Origin: Eledone cirrhosa
Taxonomy: Eukaryota
Direction of reading: 5' to 3'
Length of the DNA: 64,000 nucleotides
NCBI GenBank assembly: GCA_964016885.1
Contig: OZ024748.1
Coordinates: 52,452,001-52,516,000 of the forward strand
Shown: positions 53,376 to 64,000 of the stretch, one piece after another
How positions within the stretch are numbered: the stretch's first letter is position 1
Layout: each line of letters begins with the position of its first letter
Made by a program: the position numbers and the translations under genes
Notes under the pieces: model-generated
What the model was told of the DNA's origin: nothing
What the model saw: the letters and a program-made list of their open reading frames with translations, nothing else
Databases searched by the model: none

Positions 53376-53789
53376 AGGGGATAATAATAGTTCACTATTT
53401 TATTATCATTATATTATTATTACTATTATCATTATTATTATTATCACTATACTTAGCCATACCTACTTAGTTGAAGCTGAGAAATACATTAAGCTTCAGG
53501 CTACTAAACAATTATTGCCAAAAATCCTGAACCACGGCAGTGAATCAGAAAGGAAAATTTTGTAGAAAAACAACCTTATGGACCAGAGTTCAAACCCCAG
53601 CAGGCTGAATATAATGTATTAGAGGTGGGAATTAGATAAGAAAGGCTAAAATATCAATTAGAGAAAGAAACATTATGATAGAAGCAACTACAATAAATAT
53701 ATATATATAAATAACTTGATAAATAGATAGATAGATGGATAGATAGATAGATAGATAAATGGATAGATAGATGGATAGATAGATAGATA

Positions 53790-54210
53790 TGTTTCTTTTA
53801 TTTGCCACCAGGGCATCAAAAGTGGGACAAGTACAATGGGGGCTGTTTACAAAACAAGGCGTCCTCAATAAGGAGGAGGCAATAACAATATATAAAAATA
53901 AAATAAAATATAACAAAAAATAAAATTTATAACAAAGTCCTCAATAGAGAGGAGGCGCCTTGGGGGGTCGCACACACCCCCGAAAAAAGTGTGCAACCCT
54001 TCTCCTCAGGAGCACAGAGAAGGGGTGCTCCCTTGGTCTTTCATCTTCCTCACCTATAGTCTGATGTAGAGTGAAGGCCCATTCACACGGGCCATTCTCG
54101 CCACTTTCACCCATCTTTCATAGAAACGGCTGGGGTGCAGCACCTCTCTCTCCATCCTGATCCTTCTTCCGAAATGATATCGGAAGAAACGGACCAGTTG
54201 TTGGCCAGAG

Positions 54211-54215
<5 letters not shown>
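53790..54215 (-). mobile_element. Tx1/L1-like non-LTR element 3' fragment inside (GATA)n; second short tail at 54314-54354
   Basis: ORF end FLSGQQLVRFFRYHFGRRIRMEREVLHPSRFYERWVKVARMARVNG*, a 3' UTR with AATAAA, and GATA repeats on both flanks. Confidence 0.65.
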
Positions 54216-54264
<49 letters not shown>

Positions 54265-54449
54265 GTAGGTAGGTAGATCGATAGATGGATAGATAGATAG
54301 ATAGATAGATAGATTTCTTTATTAGCCACAGGGGCACAAAAGAAGGGGACAAAATAGATAGATAGATAAATAGATAGATAGATTGATAAATATAGAAATG
54401 AAGAAATAAATAAGCAAAAATTATTTCTTTTAAATTAATTTTATAATTC

Positions 54450-55277
54450 AGTAGAGCGTCGGACAAAAAGCTTAGTGGCATAGAGTTACAGCCTTTTATG
54501 ATCTGAGTTCAAATCCTACCAAAGTTAGCTTTACCTTTCATCATTATGTGGCTCGATAAAATAAAGTACCAGTAACACACTGTGCTCAATCTAATCAACC
54601 CCCAAATTGTTGACCTTATGCCTAAATGAGAAACCATCATTCTTATTATTATATACGAGTGATGGAACGACAGTATCGGTAGAGCGTCAGACACTGTGCT
54701 TTGTTGCATATAGTTATAGTGTTTTGTATTCTGAGTTTAAATCCCACCGAGATTGCTTTCTGATTCATTGCCGTGGTTCAAGATTTTTGGCAATAATTGT
54801 ATTGCCCCCATAATGATGAGAATAAAGCACCAGTAATGTACTGGGGTCGATTTAATTGACTTTCCCTTTTCCCCAATATCGCTGGCCTTGTGCCTAAATC
54901 AGAAATCATTATTATTATTATTATTATTAAAAAAAAAAACAATACCAAGTTTATGGAGGCTTAGTGGTTAGAGCCTTGCAATCGAAAGGTTGTGAGTTCA
55001 ATTCTCAGACCGGGTGATGTGTTGTTTCCTTGAGCAAGACACTTTATTTCACATTGCTCCAGTTTACTCAGCTGTAGAAATGAGATGATAGGGACTGGGG
55101 TCCCTATCATTCCACTGCAAAGTGGTCGTGGAGGTGCCACGGCAAAAAAGCACCCAGCACTCACTGTAAATGAGGTGGGTATCAGCTGTAGAAATCAAAC
55201 CACAATCAGTTCCCGTCCACCCTTGCAAGCAGGGAAAAGCGGAGGTAAAATGATGATGATGATGATGATGGTGATGA
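54450..55277 (+). mobile_element. Two S2 SINEs followed by an S1 SINE (54955-55277)
   Basis: Family motifs as above. Confidence 0.8.
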
Positions 55278-55716
55278 TATATCCCTCTTTTGAAACTGTT
55301 ATTGCTGTCTGTGATCCTGACACTAACATCAGTGTCTGTATTGTTATCAGGCCATTAACAGTATGGTGGTCATAAACATAATTGTTTCTGTCATAAATTA
55401 TGGTGGCATATTTTTAGATAAATGTAAAAACTTTAAACCTGGAGAAAGATGTCTCTGCAAGATTTTAAATGTCCAGGAAATGCAGTATATCACTACAGCA
55501 TCCCTACAGGTTGTGTCAAGCAGTGGTATTGAAAGTGTAACTACAGTGCCCCTATGGGTGGTATCATGCACTTTGATATTGAAAGGGTTAGAAGAATATG
55601 TGTGTTCTATTGATAATTCTAAATTAGTCTTTAAAAAAAGACAAAAAATTAAATTAGTTTTAATTTATTATTTTCTAAACAATGAAGGCTCATATAATGA
55701 ATGTTTGTTTAGGCAA

Positions 55717-56116
55717 TGTTAATGGCAGATGTGAACAGATGTCTTTTTACTGTATTTAGATAGTGTTAATGGCAGATGTGAACAGATGTATTTTTACTGT
55801 ATTTAGATAGTGTTAATGGCAGATGTGAACAGATGTATTTTTACTGTATTTAGATAGTGTTAATGGCAGATGTGAAGAGATGTCTTTTTACTGTATTTAG
55901 ATAGTATTAATGGCAGATGTGAAGAGATGTCTTTTTACTGTATTTAGATAGTGTTAATGGCAAATGTGAACAGATGTTGTTTTATTGTGTTTAGGTAGTG
56001 TTAAAGTCAGATGTGAACAGATGTCTTTTTAATGTGTTTACATAGTGTTAATGGCAGATGTGAATAGATGTTTTTACTGTGTTTATGTAGTGTTAATGGC
56101 AGATATGAACATATGT
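55717..56116. repeat. 47-bp minisatellite, ~8.5 copies
   Basis: Unit tgttaatggcagatgtgaacagatgtctttttactgtatttagatag (starts at 55717, 55764, ...). Confidence 0.95.
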
Positions 56117-56482
56117 TTTTTTTTCTAAGCAGATTAATTTTGCAGAGAAGTATCAAGGCTCGGAGCTGTAGAAATATTTATAACTTTAGCTTCAATGTTT
56201 AATGAGGTGTTTTACGTTTGCACCTTCAGTGGACTGGTCTGTTATGAGTTAAATGCCTTTGCAGGTGCACAATACAGCAACCAGCTACAGAGTATAAACC
56301 ATTGACACGTCAATTGGTCAGCACCTTACTGACTCAACTAACTCTGACTCTCTGAAAACATAAATATTACCTTGAATGTTGTATATTAAAGAGAAAGGAA
56401 GAAAATTATATACACTAGAGAGTGGGTTAAGTGATAAATTTCTGATACTTAAAATGATTTAGTAGAGCCGGAAGACATTACA

Positions 56483-56620
<138 letters not shown>

Positions 56621-58009
56621 AACATGTATATATATGTATACAAACACACATATATATATATATACACACACACATACATGTATATAAATACATACGCACA
56701 TATTTGCTGTAGAAGAGCTGTACCTAGTTATATATGTATCACCTTTGCTTCCCATCAGACCAAAACTTTAATTAGCAAGTTAATCTACACACAGATGGAT
56801 GTATCAAGCACAATATTTGAAACATAACTAAGTTTCTAATGGAAAATTACAATGGCAAAATATTATATGAATATAAACAGTTTAAAAATGAACAGATTTG
56901 TATCGTAGAACCAGGGGGACAGTTTCAAGCAGTTTCATGCCAAAAAGGCTAAAAATTTCCAAGAGTTATCTTCCCTTCTGTTGAGTTTCTGCATCAACTG
57001 TTAGTGTTGTGAGAGTAATTGAAATGGTTTTAAGCAATTCAATTCCAAGTGGGTTAAATTATGTCAAAATGGTTGCATCTGAAACTGAACTACCTTGTAC
57101 TGAGTGCATCTTATAACTATATATGTATACATACATGTCTGTAGAATGCTTAGCCATTTGCAAGTTAATTTCATGATTAGGCTGTTCTGTTGCTCGTATC
57201 AACTGGAACACATGTCATCATAACCAACAGAGTGTCAGTTTTAAATGTTACCTCCCGCATTAAAACCATTCTAGTTTTCTCATCATATATTCTCAAATAA
57301 TAACTCCATAATTGTTATTAATTATGATATATAATAATATATTACTCAGGATTAATTATAATACACATTTTCATATCACAATATATAATTACATTAGAAA
57401 TAATCGGCAGCTGATTAATTGGTATTGGCCAATAATGCAAGTCTGATTAATTTGTAAATTGATATTCAGCCTATTTGCTTATCAGTGGATCCCTAGTCTG
57501 TGTACAGTCATTGATTAGAAATCAGACTCATGTCAACTACATCACTTTATAACCAAAGGCAAAAATATAGTTGGTTCTTATTAATGTATGTATGTAAAAG
57601 TGCATGGCTTAGTGGTTTGAGCATAGGGTTTACAATTTTAAGGTTGTGAGTTTGATTCCTGCACCAAATAGTACATTGTGTATTTGAGCAAGACACTTTA
57701 TTTCACATGACTCCAGTTCCCTCAGCTGGAAATTAAATGAGTCGCGAAGCCACTGGTGCCTATTTGTATCAACCTTTGCCTCTCCTTTGGACAACACCGG
57801 AGGCATGGAGAGGATAGATTGGTATGCTTGGGCAACTGCTGGTCTTCCACAAAAATACCTTGCCTCAGCCTTGTGCCTTGGAAGGGAACTTTCCAGGTTT
57901 AAATCATAGTTATTTGTGACTAAAGGGAGTTTTTACCCTTTACCACTTATATTAATGTATATTAATGGTTATATGTACTGTGTTCATTAAGGAATCAATT
58001 CATGTTTCT

Positions 58010-58424
58010 AATAATTGTTTCCACTTTAGTTATAAGGCCAGCAATATTAAGGGGAGGGGAAAGCTGATTAAATCAACCCCGGTGCATTACTGGTACTTTA
58101 TTTTATCGACCCCTTAAGGATGAAAAGCAAAACTAACCTTGGCAGGATTTGAACTCAGAATATAAAGTGCTGCAACTATGCTGCAAAGCATGTTGTACAA
58201 TGCTCTACTGATTCTGCCAGTCTACCATTCTAATAATTGTTTCTACTTTTGGCACAAGGCCAGCAAATACCCAGTACATTGCTGGTACTTTATTTTATCG
58301 ACCACGTAAGGATGAGAGGCAAAGTTAACCTCAGCGGGATTTGAACTCAGAATGGCAAGGGCCGTAACTCTATGCCACAAAGCATGGCATCTGACCCTCT
58401 ACCGATACTGCCAATCCACCACCT
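58010..58424 (-). mobile_element. Two tandem S2 SINEs (further copies at 43400-43566 + and 60570-60908 -)
   Basis: Reverse-complement Meta-like body. Confidence 0.85.
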
Positions 58425-58949
58425 ATTAAGTCTAATAATATCAACTAACTGTAGCCATATATGAGATAAATGTCTAAATTTCTATCTCTCTCAGAATTAT
58501 GAAACAACTGTAGCGTCATAAGAAATTAATACACATTACTCTTCCTTACATATTTATATTCATACAACTGGCCATACTGAATACATTAGGCAATAACTCT
58601 AATGAAGGTCGTGGTTAAAGAATTAGATTATCAATCATGAAGTTGTGAGTTTGATTCCTGGACCGGGCAATATGTTACGTTCTTGAGCAAGACAGTTTAT
58701 TTTGCATTACTCTTTCTGCCAGGAGTTGTGACTGGTAGATAGTATCAGCAATGAAAAGACCAATGAAAACATTATTTCTTTGATTCAATTTCACAAGTTC
58801 CACCCCACCTGGTAAGTAAATGAGATCGTGGATCTTGTTGATCAATTCAAAGAAAATGTCCCCAGCAAGATGAGTGGTCATGGGTTAACCTGTAGGATTC
58901 ATATTTATGGTTATCTACATGACCATTAGTGAAAACAAAGTTATAATCA

Positions 58950-59835
58950 CATCATACATACCAGGTACTTTGATGAGCAAATGGAGAATTTTGAAAATGA
59001 TTCCATTTTCAAATTTACAACCCAACAACTAAGTCCCAGAATAATTTCAAACCACAACATAACCCTATTCTCAGATAAATATATAGGAAGATGGAACAAT
59101 TTTTATCACATCTCAGGATCTACTAAAAAGACCAGCTAGTATTGTTATGTGTACAGAGATAAAGGGTGTCTCCATAGATATAAAATGCCTGAAGTGAAAT
59201 TCTTTCTGAGATAAGCCTTTTAATTTTTCCCCACAAAAGAATCTTTAAGTAAAGAAATCGTAAGAATTAAACAAACATTAGTTAATAACGGATACTTGAA
59301 CATGTTAATACACCAAACTGTAAAAGTCATACTAAATCAGCTTCAAATCCTCCATGATAAAAAGGACATAACACCCAGTAACATCACACAAATAGTATAT
59401 ATACTACATGAACCAAATACAGCCTAGTCACAGAATGGATATATATATACATCATTATAAAAAGAAACTCATACAACAGAACACATTATGCATCACACAC
59501 AACATATATGTATCATGGACAAGCACAGGCTAACAGTTAAAATATATTAGAAAACATCAGAATTAAAAACCTTCTCATCAACATGAAATCACAAACCTGC
59601 AAGCCACAGAACATACTTCCGACAACTAATGTAATATACAAATTGTAATGTAAACATGAAAGTTGTAAACTTCCTGGCTCATAAATACAACACTTTCCCC
59701 ATCACATGATCAGACACTTAACATAAAGAGCCATTACAGCACAATATAATACAGAATGTGAACAAAAAAAAAATATTTAATCCTATATAGACTTCCACTG
59801 AAAAATAGATTAACTATAGAAGCCTTCTTGTAAAG
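58950..59835 (+). mobile_element. Penelope-like element fossil (RT thumb plus start of GIY-YIG)
   Basis: KEIVRIKQTLVNNGY (~59250-59296) and TNVIYKL*CKHESC (~59625-59666), with many frameshifts. Confidence 0.7.
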
Positions 59836-61179
59836 GTGTGTGGCTTAGTGGTTAGAAAATTGGATTTGAAATTTTAAGGTTAAGTTCCTGCCGATGTCAG
59901 CTTTGTCTTTCATCCTTCTGTGGTTAGAGAATTTGATTTGTAATTGTGAGGTTGCAAGTTCGATTACCGGATCTGTTGATGCATTATGTCCTTGAGCAAG
60001 GCACTTTATTTCACATTGCTCTTTCTGCCAGGAGTTGCAACTGGTAGATAGTATTAGCAATACAAAAAGCAATGGAAACATTGTTTCCTTGGTCTAATTT
60101 GACAAGTTTCACCCCCACTTGGTAAGGGAATGAGATTTTGGATCTCGTTAATAGTGCCATAGAAGCTTTCTTAATAGCAAACTCGTTGTCCATGTTGGCA
60201 TGGATTGGACAGAAGTTTTTAAGGCAATGTTGTATAGCAAGGTGCCCTTCCTGACACTAACACTTTTAGTCACTTCTTACAACAGTTGAGGATATGGTGC
60301 ACCTATTCTAAATTACCTATGAAGATAGACATGGGCATGTTTGAGAAAATAGCAATACTGGGGTCTGTAGACATTGTTAGGGCATTCTCAGACAGCATTT
60401 GTTAACATTAAACATATTTTGTCAATCTTATATGTTTGTTCATCATGAACATCTTTGTTAATTGTGAAGGTTTTGATGCTTGTATTCCATAGCATATCTA
60501 ATTCTTGTTTCAATAAAAGGAACCTCTTGATAATAATGGTTAAGTTCCTGCCGATGTCAGCTTTGGTGGGGGGCCAGTAATTTGGGGGAGGGGAATGTCG
60601 ATTAAATCGACCCCAGTGCATTACTGGTACTTTAATTTATAGACCCCCTAAGGATAAAAGGCAAAGTTAACCACAGTGGGATTTGAATTCAGAACCTAAA
60701 GGGAAGTAACTCTATACCACAAAGCAGGGTGCTCAACTGATACTGCCAATCCATCACCTTTTATAATAATAATTGTTTCTACGTTTGGCACAAGGCCAGC
60801 AATTACCCAGTGCATAACAGGTACTTTATTTTATCGACCCCGTAAGGATGAAAGGCAAAGTTAACCTCGGCGGGATTTGAACTAAGAATGGCAAGGGCCG
60901 TAACTCTAATAATAACTTAGGCCCAAAGACACCAATTTGAGAGAGAGGTAAGTTGAATATATTGACCCCAGTATTTGACTGGTACTTTATTTTATCCACC
61001 TCAACAACAAGACAGGTATCTACCATATCTTTTATAACATTTATGATAAAAGGAAATCCTAAATTACTAAGTGAGTTTCTTCACATAACATTCCTGGCTA
61101 ATGTCTGGTCAAATATTTAAGGATTAACTTTCTTACTTCCCTCCACTACACACACACCACCCTCCCAGTGAGAATAAGT

Positions 61180-61832
61180 GAGAAGAAGGTGAAGGGGAAG
61201 TAGATGGAGAAGGTGAAGAAGAAGATGGAGAAGAAGAAGAAGAAGAAGAAGAAGAAGAAGAAGAAGAAGAAGAAGAAGAAGAAGAAGAAGAAGAAGAAGA
61301 AGATGGAGAAGAAGAAGAAGAAGAAGAAGAAGAAGAAGAAGATGGAGAAGAAGATGGAGAAGAAGAAGGAGAAGAAGGAGAAGAAGAAGAAGAAGAAGAA
61401 GAAGAAGAAGAAGAAGAAGAAGAAGATGGAGAAGAAGAAGAAGAAGATGGAGAAGAAGAAGAAGAAGATGGAGAAGAAGAAGAAGAAGAAGAAGAAGAAG
61501 AAGAAGAAGAAGAAGAAGGAGAAGAAGAAGATGAAGAAGAAGAAGAAGAAGAAGAAGAAGATGAAGAAGAAGAAGGTGAATAATAATAATAATAATAAGA
61601 AGAAGAAGAAGATGGAGAAGAAGAAGAAGAAGAAGGAGAAGAAGAAGAAGAAGAAGAAGAAGAAGAAGAAGAAGAAGAAGAAGAAGAAGAGGAAAAAGGT
61701 GAAGAAGGAGAAGAAAAAGAAGGTGAAGGTGAAGTAGAAGAAGAAGAAGGTGAAGTAGAAGAAGAAGAAGGTGAAGAAGAAGAAGAAGAAGGTGAAGAAG
61801 AAGAAGAAGACGAAGAAGAAGAAGAAGAAGAA
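61180..61832. repeat. (GAA)n purine microsatellite
   Basis: Direct inspection. Confidence 0.95.
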
Positions 61833-61954
61833 GGACAACAACAACAACAACTTTGTTACTCAGTGCAATCATCTCATTAAGGTCACGGCTGAATTCCACA
61901 AAATTGATATTAGATTAATCAGTAAGTTAAACCCTTGACATGCGACATAGATTA

Positions 61955-64000
61955 AACACACACACACACATACATACATACATACATACACACATACATA
62001 CATACATATAGACACATACACAGACATACATACATACATATAGACACATACACAGACATACATACATACATATAGACACATACACATACATACATACATA
62101 CAGACATACATACAGACAGACAGACATACATACATACATACATACATACATACATACATACATACACATACATACATACATACAGACATACATACATACA
62201 GACATACATACACATACATACATACATACAGACATACATACACATACATACATACATACATACATACATACATACATACACATAGACACATACACATACA
62301 TACAGACATACATACACATATACACATACACACATACATACATACATACATACACATAGACACATACACATACATACATACAGACATACACAGACATACA
62401 CAGAAAAACACACATACATATAGACACATACACATACAAATGTACACACATACATACAGACAGACATACACAGACACACACAGACAGACACACATACAGA
62501 CAGACACAGACATACACAGACAGACACACATACACAGACGCATACAGACATACACACATACAGACATACATACAGACAGACACAGACAGACACACATACA
62601 CAGACACATACAGACATACATACAGACAGACACAGACATACACAAACAGACACACATACACACACACATACAGACATACACACACATACATACACACACA
62701 CAGACATGCACACATACACAGACACACACAGACATGCACACATACACATACACACACAGACACATACATGCACACATACACATACAGATAGACTCAGACA
62801 TGCATACATACACACACACACACACACATGCATGCATACACACAGAGATGCAGACATACACAGACATGCACACATACACATACACACACTAGCACATACA
62901 CTCACACAGACACACCAACACACAAACACATGCACATACATACACAAACACGCTAACACAAACACACACAAACACACAGACATCCTCACACACACACACA
63001 CACCCACTGACACACATGCACACACACACCAACACACATATGCACACATGCATGCATGTACATGCACACACACACAAACATGCAGACATACACAAACACA
63101 CACATGCATGAACACAACCACATTTACATACATACACACAACCACATACATATACATGCACTCAACCACATGCACACAACCACATACACAACCACAACCA
63201 CATACATATACATACACAACCACATACACACACATACACATACATACACACAACCACATACATATACATACACAACCACATACACATACATACACACAAC
63301 CACATACATATACATACACACAACCACATACACATACATAACCACATACACATACACAACCACAACCACACACATACACATACACAACCACATACATATA
63401 CATACACAACCACATACACATACATACACATACATACACACAACCACATACATATACATACACAACCACATACATATACATGCACACAACCACATACATA
63501 TACATACACACAACCACATACACATACATAACCACATACACATACACACACATACACAACCACAACCACATACATATACATACACACAACCACATACAAT
63601 ACATACACACAACCTCATACATATACATACACACAACCACATACACATACATAACCACATACACATACACACACATACACAACCACAACGACACACATAC
63701 ACAACCACAACCACACACATACACAACCACAACCACATACATATACATACACATACATACACACAACCACATACACATACATAACCACATACACATACAC
63801 ACACATACACAACCACAACCACATACATATACATACACAACCACATACACATACATACACATACATACACACAACCACAGACATATACATACACATACAT
63901 ACACACAACCACATACACATACATAACCACATACACATACACACACATACACAACCACAACCACACACATACACAACCACAACCACATACACATACACAC
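61955..64000. repeat. (CA)n/(CATA)n/(CACAAC)n compound microsatellite
   Basis: Direct inspection. Confidence 0.95.

Noticed and set aside
55363-55722. 119-aa non-repetitive ORF
   Set aside because: No recognisable domain or convincing splice pair. It may be a decayed DNA transposon end (aaagggttag at ~55582).
61180-61832. GAA tract as a functional triplex element
   Set aside because: It could form H-DNA, but such tracts are ordinary in this microsatellite-rich genome and nothing here indicates function.
61952-64000. 682-aa ORF and the many YI/CV/HT/poly-K/poly-M/poly-P ORFs in the track
   Set aside because: They are translations of simple repeats that lack stop codons and have no coding character.

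Overview
AT-rich, microsatellite-saturated animal genomic DNA. The repeat complement (tRNA-derived CORE-type and Meta-type SINEs, RTE LINE tails ending in (GAT)n, long (TA)n/(CA)n tracts) suggests a coleoid cephalopod such as an octopus; this is inference. Almost all ORFs in the supplied track are microsatellite artefacts. Real coding signal is limited to transposon fossils (pogo, Penelope RT/GIY-YIG, RTE, Tx1, CRE, R4, CR1/L2) and 2-3 plus-strand exons near 9.9-11.5 kb whose translation resembles the N-terminal spine helix of Mab-21/cGAS-like proteins. The most striking hidden system is a set of small non-coding, Penelope-type elements, mostly inserted in (TA)n. They include at least 8 type I hammerhead ribozyme motifs, most lacking the canonical G10.1-C11.1 pair; 6-7 fold-back palindromes with a 3' tail on one arm only; a tail motif (T(C/T)GAGYRC) shared across unrelated families; a ~424-nt retrozyme-like tandem unit; a tRNA-headed SINE with the same fold-back architecture; and a 65-bp hairpin whose arm differences are strongly biased to G.U pairs on one strand. 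All coordinates were read by eye and may be off by a few nt. No database searches were run.
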